DNA of 64,000 bases, from positions 559-64,558 of the forward strand of contig JALVQI010000211.1 of NCBI GenBank assembly GCA_027031485.1, written 5' to 3'. The position numbers and the translations under genes were made by a program. Every line of letters starts with the position of its first letter. The stretch's first letter is position 1. The notes beneath the pieces were generated by a model that worked only from the letters and a program-made list of their open reading frames with translations, searched no databases and was not told the DNA's origin. The stretch comes from Candidatus Aminicenantes bacterium. Its GTDB lineage: Bacteria; Acidobacteriota; Aminicenantia; JAMOAD01. This document shows, piece by piece, positions 45,342 through 54,773 of the stretch.

Positions 45342-47234
45342 TTAAATTCCGGCTCCGATTTCTTCTGCGATTTCGGGAAGCCCTAAAATTGTTAGCTTGG
45401 TTTTTGTAGGTACTCCCTCTTTTGACCAGCCTCTTGCCATATAGTAATCATCAAGCATCTTCTGAAGTTCTTCCTCTTTGATATAAGAACCTTTGGACGG
45501 GCCTTTCGGAATAGGCTCGTGGGTAACTCTGTAAGGTAAAGTATCATCCTTTCTGCCGAAGCCTGCTTTTACATTGTAGGCTTTTTGAATATTGTAAATT
45601 CTCTCTCCCACTGTCATCATATAATTTTCATCTACCCAATCCCACCCGGTTATTGCTTTAAGATAGGGTATAAATCTTTCAAGGAAGAACATATGTCTTG
45701 AGAATTTACAAACTCCGACTATATCGTACAAAGTCATAAGATTTTCAAGAGAAGCAACTTCGAATCCTTTCCAGTCAGCTGAAAGTCTGTCAACATTTTC
45801 ATACTTCCACCAGCTTCCCACCAATTCAAGTCCGTAAACTCCCGCTGTAAGATGGCAGGCACCTCTTACGGATACTGCAAATGCCAGCCCCAATCCTTTT
45901 ATGCCTCTTACATCGTATGCCGGGAGCTCAAGCCCTTTTACATGGATGGCAAATTTATCCGAATCTTTTCCTAATTTTTCGGAAGCATATTTTGTTCCAT
46001 TTATAAGGAGTTCTCCCACCTTTCCTTCCTTTCTACCCATTTTTTCAAGCACAGCTATTGCAGTTTTTCCATCTCCGAACTTTAACTCTATTCCGTCAAG
46101 GTCTTCCTTAGTCAAAAGTCCTCTTTCAAAAGCCTCCATTGCCCATCCTATTGTTACCCCGGCTGAAATACCGTCAAAGCCCATTCTATCAGCAATTTCA
46201 TTAAGCTTAATCAAAACCTCTGCATCATCTATCTCAAGGGCTCCTCCCAGGGAGTAAATAATTTCATATTCAACTCCGTCAATTTTTGTCCCCGCATATT
46301 CTCCCTCTTTGATTTCAAGGATTCTTCCGCATGGTTTTGTGCAGTTGGGGCAGGGGTTGTGTTTAACCATGTACTTTGGAGACCAGTAGTATGGATCTAT
46401 TTGAGAAAGCTCTCCCTCTTTTAAATTATCATAAACACTCTGAAAGTATCCCCATTGAAAGTTTCTTGTGGGGAATGTTCCTCTTTCAGTATTCATCCAG
46501 CTGTAAAATTCTCCGGAACCATAATCCATATCTGCCTTTGTTGCGGGATGTTCTCTTATTATTCTGTTGTATTCTGAAATAAGTTTTCTTGCTGCCTCTT
46601 TATCCTTTAATTCTACCTTTCCGGTACCTTCGCACACTATGGCTTTTAATTTCTTTGATCCTAAAACCGCTCCCGAGCCTCCTCTTGCGGCCTGTCTCAT
46701 ATCAAAATCAATCATTCCCATATAGCTGAGATTTTCTCCCGCAGGTCCTATTACAGCTGTGGAAGCCTTTTTACCGTGCCTCTCTTTTAAAATATCCCTT
46801 GTCTCATAGGTATCTTTGCCCCAGAGGTCTGAAGCATCCTTAATCTCAACAACATCATCTTTTATATATATATAGACAGGTTTGTCGCTTTTACCCTCTA
46901 TGATAAAAATATCGTAACCGGCTTTCCTCATCTGAACGCCCATTTCGGCTCCCACATTGTTTCTACCGAATGTTCCCGTTAAAGGAGATTTAAATGAAAG
47001 TGCTGTTTTGGAAGCTGTGGGGAAACCTGTTCCCACAAAAGTGCCTGCCGCAATAATCACTTTGTTTGCTTCACTGAAAGGGTCAACATCTGCCGGAACT
47101 TCATTGTATAAAATTCTGGTTGTAAATCCCAATCCTCCGAGATACTTTCTTGCAAACTCTTCGCTTATTTCCTCTTTGGATATCTTACCGTTTGATAAAT
47201 TGATTCTTAAAATTTTTCCACCGTATCCATACAT
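45342..47234 (-). CDS. aor: Tungsten-type aldehyde:ferredoxin oxidoreductase
   Basis: N-terminus MYGYGGKILRINLSNGKISKEEI..FARKYLGGLGF. 4Fe-4S ligand motif CPNCTKPC (CxxCxxxC). About 630 aa. Confidence 0.9.
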   Translation of the reverse strand: MYGYGGKILRINLSNGKISKEEISEEFARKYLGGLGFTTRILYNEVPADVDPFSEANKVIIAAGTFVGTGFPTASKTALSFKSPLTGTFGRNNVGAEMGVQMRKAGYDIFIIEGKSDKPVYIYIKDDVVEIKDASDLWGKDTYETRDILKERHGKKASTAVIGPAGENLSYMGMIDFDMRQAARGGSGAVLGSKKLKAIVCEGTGKVELKDKEAARKLISEYNRIIREHPATKADMDYGSGEFYSWMNTERGTFPTRNFQWGYFQSVYDNLKEGELSQIDPYYWSPKYMVKHNPCPNCTKPCGRILEIKEGEYAGTKIDGVEYEIIYSLGGALEIDDAEVLIKLNEIADRMGFDGISAGVTIGWAMEAFERGLLTKEDLDGIELKFGDGKTAIAVLEKMGRKEGKVGELLINGTKYASEKLGKDSDKFAIHVKGLELPAYDVRGIKGLGLAFAVSVRGACHLTAGVYGLELVGSWWKYENVDRLSADWKGFEVASLENLMTLYDIVGVCKFSRHMFFLERFIPYLKAITGWDWVDENYMMTVGERIYNIQKAYNVKAGFGRKDDTLPYRVTHEPIPKGPSKGSYIKEEELQKMLDDYYMARGWSKEGVPTKTKLTILGLPEIAEEIGAGI

Positions 47235-47466
47235 TATTTCCTCCTTAATATATGATTGATTTATAACTAAATATTTTATAAGTACTGCCCTACAAAGTCA
47301 AGAATTTTTTATTAGTTGAAGTTTTTATTAGTACCATGATTTTTTATATATTAATAACAGAATATATTATAAGTGATAGTCCAAAGTAAATAACCTAATA
47401 AGCCAAGAATAATTCGGCAACAAAAAAATTAAAAATAAGCAATTTTTTTAAAATAAATTTTATGTC

Positions 47467-47495
47467 TTGACAAAAATAATAAATAGACATATATT
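47467..47495 (+). promoter_or_regulatory. Promoter TTGACA-17-TATATT with an extremely AT-rich leader of about 100 nt before the SPW-like gene
   Basis: Read directly. The SD AAGGAGGTG lies at 47587-47595. Confidence 0.5.
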
Positions 47496-47599
47496 TTAAT
47501 ATGTTAAAATTAAATAATTATTTAAATATATAATAATAATTTAAAAATATATAATAATAATAATTTAATATTAATAAAATTAAATAAGGAGGTGCCACT

Positions 47600-47935
47600 A
47601 TGTGGGCAAATTGGTTTAATTTTATCTTAGGTATTTGGCTTGCTATCGCAGCTTTTATTCCCTCCATCACAACATCAAAAACAGCAAGTCTCTGGAATGA
47701 TCTCATCGTAGGAGCTCTGGTCGCAATCTTTGCTTATCTTGCAACCTCAAAGAACAAAGGTATTTGCTGGATCAATGTGATTGCCGGAGTTTGGTTGATT
47801 ATTGCTGCATTTATTCCTTCCATTGTAGGAACCAAAAGCGGTAATCTCTGGAATGATGTTATAACAGGAATAGTCATTCTTATCATAGCTCTTATTGCAG
47901 CTTTACAAAAAGGTGAAACTGCGGTAAAATCTTAA
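47600..47935 (+). CDS. SPW-repeat-like small membrane protein
   Basis: Two internal repeats (W.N...G.WL.IAAFIPSI...LWND.I.G), each with two TM helices. Confidence 0.4.
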   Translation: MWANWFNFILGIWLAIAAFIPSITTSKTASLWNDLIVGALVAIFAYLATSKNKGICWINVIAGVWLIIAAFIPSIVGTKSGNLWNDVITGIVILIIALIAALQKGETAVKS

Positions 47936-47947
47936 TGTTTTAGCTAT

Positions 47948-47986
47948 CAAAGGAGGGGGTTGACCCCTCCTTTGATTTAATTTTAA
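47948..47986 (+). terminator. Hairpin CAAAGGAGGGG-gttga-CCCCTCCTTTG followed by a T-rich tract
   Basis: The 11-bp stem was read directly. It lies 13 nt after the SPW-like stop codon. Confidence 0.5.
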
Positions 47987-48000
47987 TTAGGAAATAAAAT

Positions 48001-48363
48001 ATGAAAAAAAGAATTCAATCTTTTGTTAGGGTTTTTAAAGGGTTGGGAGATCCGGTGAGATTAAAGATTTTAAAAGCTATTGTTGATAAACCGGTTTGTG
48101 TTTCAAATATAGCTGAAAAAGTCGGAATAACTTCACCCCTTGCCTCTCACCATTTAAAAATCCTTGAAAGAGAAAATCTTGTAATCAGGGAAAAAGAGGG
48201 GGTTAAGGTTAAATACATAATCAACAAAGAGGGGTTTGATGAACTTGTCGTCAATTTTTATAAATATCTGGGAATTGAGATGGAGGTTGAAAATATCCCC
48301 AAATTTTTAAAAACCGTAAAAGGTATTGAGGATTTTTTAACAAGCAAAGCTACATTCAAATAA
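48001..48363 (+). CDS. ArsR/SmtB-family transcriptional regulator
   Basis: LGDPVRLKILKAI...VCVSNIAEKVGITSPLASHHLKILERENLV winged-HTH motif. It has a single Cys where As(III)-sensing ArsR has CVC. Confidence 0.8.
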   Translation: MKKRIQSFVRVFKGLGDPVRLKILKAIVDKPVCVSNIAEKVGITSPLASHHLKILERENLVIREKEGVKVKYIINKEGFDELVVNFYKYLGIEMEVENIPKFLKTVKGIEDFLTSKATFK

Positions 48364-48394
48364 ATAGAAAAGTCTTTAGTATCTTTTCAAACTA

Positions 48395-49366
48395 TTAATT
48401 ATCGAGAATTTTTCTTATTTTAGGTCCTACAGTATAAATAAGAAACATTATATAAAAAACCTGTAAAATTGGCTTAAACGAAAGGGCAAAAACAGTCATA
48501 GCACCGAACATTGTCGCGGCAACACTTAAAGAGATAGCCTGAGAGCTTGCCGTAGCTCCCAAAATAAGAATCATCCCCTGCTCATAATTGAGTTTTAATA
48601 TTTTTGAAGCGATTATTGATAAAATTGTTTGAATAGCGTAGTAAACGATAAGTCCGACAAAAATCATAACAAATACAATTGGTTTGGATATTACGATTCT
48701 TGAAACTTTTGCAACAGAGAAAAATACGATTAACAAGATACCTGTGGCTGAGATTCCCGGGAATATCTTTTTGATATTTAAAAAATAGTCCATTCCTTTT
48801 TTCTTGATAATCATATGTCTCGTAAGCAGTCCTAAAATAAGAGGTACAATGATATAGGATAGAAGAATAATAAACAATGTTTTTATTTTGAAAGAAACAA
48901 AAATTCCTCCGCTTATTTTCAATATGATCGGTGATAGAATCGGAATAAGCAATAACCCGACAACAGCTATGACAAGAGCATCCTCAACACTTGCATCTGC
49001 AATTCCCGACCATCCTATAAGCATATTTGAACACGGAATCGCTCCGACCATGACCATTGCAAAAGCGATTTCAGGAAAACCTTTGAGAATTGTTCTTGAT
49101 ACGAAAAAAGCTGTTATTGAAGCTATAATATAAGCAAAAGTTAAGGTTGTTATTATAAGCTTAAAATTTCTGCTTGCTTTTTTAACCTTTTCTATTACCA
49201 TCCCGGTAAGCATCGGATAAAGCATTATAAAGACCGCTGCAACCCCGAACGGTTTTATATTCAAATGCCTGAAGTCTATAAAATATCCGGCTGCCAGAGC
49301 AAAGATAAAATCAAAAAAAACATAAAGATACAATCTTTTCTTTAATTCCATGAGTATTTTCTTCAT
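48395..49366 (-). CDS. ACR3/BASS-family transporter (possible arsenite or bile-acid:Na+ type)
   Basis: About 10 TM segments. GAIPCSNMLIGWSGIA resembles the ACR3 PC(T)AMV motif region. Convergent with the arsR-like gene. Confidence 0.55.
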   Translation of the reverse strand: MKKILMELKKRLYLYVFFDFIFALAAGYFIDFRHLNIKPFGVAAVFIMLYPMLTGMVIEKVKKASRNFKLIITTLTFAYIIASITAFFVSRTILKGFPEIAFAMVMVGAIPCSNMLIGWSGIADASVEDALVIAVVGLLLIPILSPIILKISGGIFVSFKIKTLFIILLSYIIVPLILGLLTRHMIIKKKGMDYFLNIKKIFPGISATGILLIVFFSVAKVSRIVISKPIVFVMIFVGLIVYYAIQTILSIIASKILKLNYEQGMILILGATASSQAISLSVAATMFGAMTVFALSFKPILQVFYIMFLIYTVGPKIRKILDN

Positions 49367-49423
49367 TGTCTCTCTCCTGAGAAAATAATAATAATTAGCA
49401 ATTATAAATTAATATTAAAAAAA

Positions 49424-49440
49424 ATTGAAATAATTTCAAT
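49424..49440. promoter_or_regulatory. Perfect 17-bp palindrome ATTGAAAT-A-ATTTCAAT upstream of the ACR3-like gene
   Basis: Read directly. It overlaps the candidate -35 hexamers (TTGAAA or TTCAAT) on the minus strand. Confidence 0.6.
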
Positions 49441-49507
49441 AAATAATAACAAACTCTTTGTCCTATCGTATAAATTAATTTAAATACAATATATTTTGAG
49501 GTGTAAT

Positions 49508-52500
49508 ATGAGAAATTCTAAAAAATTAACTGTTTTACTGATTATTTTTCTTTTTATCTTTTCCGGAATTATTTTTGCCAGAAAAACAAAGACAAAGACT
49601 CCGGATTTTTCACTTTTCAAAGGACTTCACACAAGAAGCATAGGACCAGCCACAATGAGCGGCAGGGTATCCTTCATTGCCGGAGTAAATTCTAACCCCA
49701 ATATTATCTATGTGGGTGCAGCTACCGGAGGGATATGGAAAAGCACTGACAAAGGAATCACCTGGAAACCTATTTTTGACAGAGAAAAAACATCTTCAAT
49801 AGGGGCTATTGCAATTTTTCAGAAAAATCCCAACATAATCTGGGTTGGAACAGGAGAAGCCAATGTTAGAAACAGTGCAGGAGTGGGAAGAGGTGTCTAC
49901 AAATCCATTGACGGAGGAAAAACCTGGAAATTCTTAGGACTTGAAAAAACCGAAAGAATCTCAAAAATCGTACTTGACCCCGAAAATCCGGATATAGCAT
50001 ATGTTGCAGCTTTAGGTAAACTATGGGGAGAAAATCCTGAAAGGGGAGTTTTTAAAACAACAAACGGAGGAAAAACATGGGAAAAGATTCTATTTGTTGA
50101 TAATAAAACAGGAGCATCCGATATTGCGATGGCACCTGATAATCCGAATAAACTCATAGCTGCAATGTGGCAGTTCAGAAGGTGGCCCTGGTTTTTTAAA
50201 TCAGGTGGTCCCGGTAGCGGGCTCTATATCTCAACCGATGCGGGACAAACCTGGAAAAAACTGACAACAAAAGACGGATTACCGGAAGGAGATTTAGGTA
50301 GAATAGGAGTGGCCTTCGCCAAGACAGATCCAAATATTGTCTATGCTCTCATTGAAACAAAAAGAAGCGGGCTTTATAAATCAACAGACGGAGGTTATAA
50401 CTGGAAACTAATAAATAATAAACCGGGGATAGATGACAGGCCATTTTATTATTCAAGAGTTTTTGTTAATCCTGTAAATGAAAATATAGTTTACACCCCT
50501 CAATCCCAATTAAAATCAAGTGAGGATGGCGGAAAAACATTTAAACCACTTGCAAATTTCATGCAGGCACACTCAGACTTCCATGCTCTATGGATTAGCC
50601 CTGACGGTAAAACCCTTATAACCGGTAATGACGGAGGAGTTGCCATAAGCAATGATAAAGGTAAGCACTGGAGATTTGTTGAGAATCTTCCTTTGGGACA
50701 ATTTTATCATATTAGTTATGACCTTGATATTCCCTATCATGTATACGGAGGATTACAGGATAATGGCTCATGGAGAGGACCTGCTTATGTTTTAAATAAT
50801 AGAGGAATTTTTAACTGTGATTGGAGAATGGTCGGATTCGGCGATGGATTTGATACTGAACCTGACCCTGAGGATAGCAGCTGCGGTTATGCAATGAGCC
50901 AGGGAGGTGAAATTTTTTATTATAATACCAGAACAGCAGAGCACAGAACAATTGTCCCCTTTGAAAAAGAAACAAAGGATAGATACAATTGGAACTCAGG
51001 TTTTGCCATTGACCCTTTAAATCCAAAAATCATATATTTTGGCAGTCAATTCTTACATAGAAGTAAAGATAAAGGAAGAACATGGGAGGTAATAAGCCCT
51101 GATTTAACAACCAATGATCCTGCAAAACTCAAACAGAAAGAGAGCGGAGGTCTGACAAGGGATGTCACGGAAGCGGAAAACTATGAAACAATAATAACAA
51201 TATCCCCAAGCCCGGTCAAAGAGGGAGTTATCTGGGTTGGAACAGATGATGGGAATCTTCAACTTACGACAGACAGAGGAAAAACCTGGACTAACACTGT
51301 AAAGTATTTAGTCAAAAAGAAAATGGTGCCAAAGGGAACCTGGATTCCCCATGTGGAAGCATCACACTTTGATCCTGCAACAGCCTATGTTGTATTTGAC
51401 GGTCATAGAATGTCAGATTGGGATACTTATGTTTTTGTAACCCATAATTATGGGAAAACATGGAAAAGCCTTGCCACGAAAGAGATTGATGGTTTTGCCC
51501 ATGTTATAAGGGAAGACCCAGTCAATAAAAACCTTCTGTTTTTAGGAACAGAATTCGGATTATACTTTAGTTATAATGGTGAAAAGAACTGGATTAAGTG
51601 GAAAGATTTGCCTACAGTTCCGGTAAGGGATCTGGGAATACACCCAAGAGAAAATGATTTGATTATTGGCACCCACGGAAGAGCAATATATATAGCAGAT
51701 GATATTTCTCCATTGAGAGAAATAAATGATACTGTTTTAAACAGTGATTTTCATCTGTTCAAGATAAATGATGCCTATGAATTCATAAGAGGCTGGATGC
51801 CATCTACGGTAAGCCCGGGGAACGGAACCTTTATGGGAGAAAACAAAAGAACAGGAGCTTACATAACCTACTATGTAAATCCGGAATATGCGAAACCTGA
51901 AACGAAAAAATCCAAATCAAAAGACAAAATAACAAAGAAGAAAGAAAATAAATTAAAGATTGAAATCTTTGATAGCAACAATAAATTAATAAGAACTCTC
52001 TCCGGGACATTGAATAAAGGAATAAACAGAGTTATCTGGAATTTGACAGGAAAACCGATAAAAACCCCCTTTTCAAGAGGAAGAAGGAGAAGAGGAGGAA
52101 TAGGTTTGCCGGTTCTTCCCGGTAAGTACATAGCTAAGATTAAGTTCAATGGGAATGAGTATAAGCAGGAATTTACGGTTAAATTTGATCCGAGAAAGAA
52201 AATTAATTTGAACATTTTAAAAGAGAATATGAAAAGATCTCTGGAAATCGTTAATTGGATAAAATCAATAACAGATGCCTATAACCAGATGCTTGAAACC
52301 AAAAAGGTAATCAAAACGGTAAAAGAATTCTCAAAAAATATTAAGAAAGATAAAGCAAAAGAAATCCTGAAAAAAGCCGAAGAGCTCAATAAAAAACTTG
52401 ATACAATGGTCTATAAGATAATACCCAAAAAAGGAAGACAGGGAATCTTTGATGATTCTGACAAACTTTTGTACAGAATGTCAGGATTTCTCAGCTTTAA

Positions 52501-52684
52501 CCTCTATGAACCCCTTGGACAGGCTTTTGAAGCAAAATACAAGAGAGTAAAACCGGAAATAGAAAACTTTATTAAAGAATACAATGCTCTTTATGAAAAG
52601 GAGGTAAGGGAATTTGAAAAACTTGTAAAGAGCTCTGGATTTTCACTCTTTAAACCTTACAAAAAGATAAACATCAATAAATAA
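49508..52684 (+). CDS. Sortilin/VPS10-type BNR-repeat protein, secreted
   Basis: At least ten SxDxGxTW-type BNR motifs (STDKGITW, SIDGGKTW, TTNGGKTW, STDAGQTW, SKDKGRTW, TTDRGKTW...). I prefer ATG 49508, which follows GAGGTG, to the TTG at 49496. Confidence 0.7.
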   Translation: MRNSKKLTVLLIIFLFIFSGIIFARKTKTKTPDFSLFKGLHTRSIGPATMSGRVSFIAGVNSNPNIIYVGAATGGIWKSTDKGITWKPIFDREKTSSIGAIAIFQKNPNIIWVGTGEANVRNSAGVGRGVYKSIDGGKTWKFLGLEKTERISKIVLDPENPDIAYVAALGKLWGENPERGVFKTTNGGKTWEKILFVDNKTGASDIAMAPDNPNKLIAAMWQFRRWPWFFKSGGPGSGLYISTDAGQTWKKLTTKDGLPEGDLGRIGVAFAKTDPNIVYALIETKRSGLYKSTDGGYNWKLINNKPGIDDRPFYYSRVFVNPVNENIVYTPQSQLKSSEDGGKTFKPLANFMQAHSDFHALWISPDGKTLITGNDGGVAISNDKGKHWRFVENLPLGQFYHISYDLDIPYHVYGGLQDNGSWRGPAYVLNNRGIFNCDWRMVGFGDGFDTEPDPEDSSCGYAMSQGGEIFYYNTRTAEHRTIVPFEKETKDRYNWNSGFAIDPLNPKIIYFGSQFLHRSKDKGRTWEVISPDLTTNDPAKLKQKESGGLTRDVTEAENYETIITISPSPVKEGVIWVGTDDGNLQLTTDRGKTWTNTVKYLVKKKMVPKGTWIPHVEASHFDPATAYVVFDGHRMSDWDTYVFVTHNYGKTWKSLATKEIDGFAHVIREDPVNKNLLFLGTEFGLYFSYNGEKNWIKWKDLPTVPVRDLGIHPRENDLIIGTHGRAIYIADDISPLREINDTVLNSDFHLFKINDAYEFIRGWMPSTVSPGNGTFMGENKRTGAYITYYVNPEYAKPETKKSKSKDKITKKKENKLKIEIFDSNNKLIRTLSGTLNKGINRVIWNLTGKPIKTPFSRGRRRRGGIGLPVLPGKYIAKIKFNGNEYKQEFTVKFDPRKKINLNILKENMKRSLEIVNWIKSITDAYNQMLETKKVIKTVKEFSKNIKKDKAKEILKKAEELNKKLDTMVYKIIPKKGRQGIFDDSDKLLYRMSGFLSFNLYEPLGQAFEAKYKRVKPEIENFIKEYNALYEKEVREFEKLVKSSGFSLFKPYKKININK

Positions 52685-52711
52685 TTTTCAGGATCTCTTT
52701 ACAGATAATCA

Positions 52712-52746
52712 GGGGGCGAATTTTGAGATTCGTCCCCTATTTTTTA
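52712..52746 (+). terminator. Rho-independent terminator (GGGGCGAAT-tttgag-ATTCGTCCCC followed by a T run)
   Basis: Read directly. It lies 28 nt after the BNR gene stop codon. Confidence 0.6.
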
Positions 52747-52806
52747 TAAATAGTTATAAAAATCAATGATTTTTTAAAAACATTAGCTTAAGAATAAAAT
52801 ATGTTA

Positions 52807-53769
52807 TTAGAGTAAACCCTCCTTTTTATACCAGTTTATAGTCAACCTTATCCCTTCTCCAAAATCTGTTTCAGGTGTAAAGTTTAAAACATTTTTTGCT
52901 TTTTCTATTGAAAGAGGTTTACTTCTCTCAAAAAATGCAAGGCTTGATGAAGTTAAGGGGAAATTAATTCCCGTAATTGAGGATAGAAGATCAAGAATTT
53001 TTGCAATTAACTTCAGAGGTAAAATAGGAATTTTAAAGGGAAGGATTCTTTTTTTCAGTTGAGTTGCAATAACTCTAACCATATCCTCTGTTCTTAGAGG
53101 CTCTTTTCCTGCTATATTAAATATTTCTCCTGAGCTCAGATTATTTTCTATTATTAAAACAATAGCTTTAACAAAATCTTCGACAAACAATGGAGTTTGA
53201 AAACCATCACCTTTTCCTGCAATAAAGAATTTCCCGGAATTTATTGCTCTGTATAGTTTTAATGTTCTTTTATCCCCAGGACCGTAGATCCAACCCGGCC
53301 TTACGATAATAACATTTATATGATTCTTAAACTTTAAAACATTCTCTTCTCCAGAAAATTTTGTTTTTTCATACTCATCTACAGGGGAAGGGGGAAAATT
53401 CTCATCAATTATCCTTTTACTTCCCTTTCCATAGACACCTGCTGAGCTTATGTAAATAAATTTCTCAACTCCCTTTTCAATAGCGGCTTTTATCAGGTTT
53501 TCGGGAAAAAGAGAGTTAACCTTATAAAAATAATCATAGTTTGCTTTTGTTGAGCCTAAAGCTGCGGCAAGATGGACAATAATATCAATACCATCCAAAA
53601 AATTTTTTAAATATTCAGGATCAAAGCTTTTAATCCGAATCTCTTTCACTCCCTCTATGCCCGAAAAATTTTTGTTTACAAGATTGATTACCTCATAGCT
53701 TTGCTTTACAAGAGCTCTTAATAAATATCTTCCCGCAAAACCTGAACCGCCGGTAGTTAATATTTTCAT
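52807..53769 (-). CDS. NAD-dependent epimerase/dehydratase (SDR family)
   Basis: MKILTTGGSGFAGRYL Rossmann motif. Catalytic YxxxK (YEKTK). Confidence 0.8.
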   Translation of the reverse strand: MKILTTGGSGFAGRYLLRALVKQSYEVINLVNKNFSGIEGVKEIRIKSFDPEYLKNFLDGIDIIVHLAAALGSTKANYDYFYKVNSLFPENLIKAAIEKGVEKFIYISSAGVYGKGSKRIIDENFPPSPVDEYEKTKFSGEENVLKFKNHINVIIVRPGWIYGPGDKRTLKLYRAINSGKFFIAGKGDGFQTPLFVEDFVKAIVLIIENNLSSGEIFNIAGKEPLRTEDMVRVIATQLKKRILPFKIPILPLKLIAKILDLLSSITGINFPLTSSSLAFFERSKPLSIEKAKNVLNFTPETDFGEGIRLTINWYKKEGLL

Positions 53770-53774
53770 GGGAA

Positions 53775-53803
53775 ATTATATACTATTCAAAATAACAATA
53801 CAA
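53775..53803 (-). promoter_or_regulatory. Promoter TTGTAT-17-TATAAT, with the -10 ending 5 nt before ATG 53769 (leaderless type)
   Basis: Read on the minus strand. There is no SD. Confidence 0.55.
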
Positions 53804-53810
53804 AACAATA

Positions 53811-53840
53811 TTGATATGAAATCAAATACTATGGTAATAT
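53811..53840 (+). promoter_or_regulatory. Promoter TTGATA-18-(TGg)TAATAT, with the -10 ending 6 nt before ATG 53847 (leaderless type)
   Basis: An extended -10 TG is present. There is no SD in aaaaac. Confidence 0.55.
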
Positions 53841-53846
53841 AAAAAC

Positions 53847-54773
53847 ATGAAAGAGAAAATTCTTGAACTAAAAGGGATTAAGAAATCCTATCCGAGCGGT
53901 ACTTTGCTTATGAAGAGAACAGAGGTTTTGAAAGAGATAAATATGAATGTGTTCAAAGGAGAAATCTACTCTCTTTTGGGACATAATGGAGCCGGTAAAA
54001 CAACAACTTTTAAAATTATAACTGGCATATCAAAGCAGGATGAAGGGAATATTTTGTTTAAAGGTAAAAGATTTTCTCTTAAAGACAAAAAGCAAATTGG
54101 TTTTTTGCCCGAAAGGCCTTATTTTTACGAGTATTTAACAGGGAGAGAGTTTCTTGAATTTTCAGCGAATCTCTTCGGGATCAAAGCGGATAAAAAAAAG
54201 ATAGACGCCCTTCTTGAACTTGTCGAGCTAAAAGAGGCTCAAAACCTTCAGCTTAAAAAATATTCAAAGGGAATGCTTCAAAGACTCGGAGTCGCTCAGA
54301 GTATAATAAATGATCCTGAATTAATCATATTAGATGAACCTCTAAGCGGACTTGATCCGATAGGGAGAAAAAAATTGAGGGATTTAATTGTAAGTCTGAA
54401 AGAGGAAGGCAGAACCATCATATATTCTTCACATATTTTACAGGATGCTGAAATAATAAGTGATAGAATAGGGATAATAGTTAAAGGGAAAACAATAATG
54501 GAAGGTTCATTGGAGGAGCTTGTTAGCGGAGAGGTCAGAGAGGTTGAGGTGGGAATATGCGGACTTAGAAGTTTACCTGAAGAGATTAACTACCTGAAGT
54601 CGGAGAAAAAGGCTAATGTTTTTTATGTTACTGTAAAAGATATTGATGGGGCTAACATTTTAATAAAAAAAGTAATGGATTCCGGTGGGAAGATAAAATT
54701 TTGCAATCCGATAAGAAAGAGTCTTGAGGAATTATTCTGGGAGATAAGAGATGAAAATATTGGCGATAGCTAA
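53847..54773 (+). CDS. ABC transporter ATP-binding protein (ABC-2 type)
   Basis: Walker A GHNGAGKTT, signature YSKGMLQRL, Walker B LIILDEP, H-loop SSHIL. Confidence 0.85.
   Translation: MKEKILELKGIKKSYPSGTLLMKRTEVLKEINMNVFKGEIYSLLGHNGAGKTTTFKIITGISKQDEGNILFKGKRFSLKDKKQIGFLPERPYFYEYLTGREFLEFSANLFGIKADKKKIDALLELVELKEAQNLQLKKYSKGMLQRLGVAQSIINDPELIILDEPLSGLDPIGRKKLRDLIVSLKEEGRTIIYSSHILQDAEIISDRIGIIVKGKTIMEGSLEELVSGEVREVEVGICGLRSLPEEINYLKSEKKANVFYVTVKDIDGANILIKKVMDSGGKIKFCNPIRKSLEELFWEIRDENIGDS

Noticed and set aside
47524-47567. AT-only tandem duplication (aaatatataataataattta, then a 24-nt variant) in the SPW gene leader
   Set aside because: It is pure A/T low complexity and most simply explained by slippage in an AT-rich leader. 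I see no evidence of function.
48367-48388. Hairpin GAAAAG-N10-CTTTTC between the convergent arsR-like and ACR3-like genes as a terminator
   Set aside because: It has only 6 A/T-rich base pairs, a 10-nt loop and no clear U-tract, so it is too weak to call.
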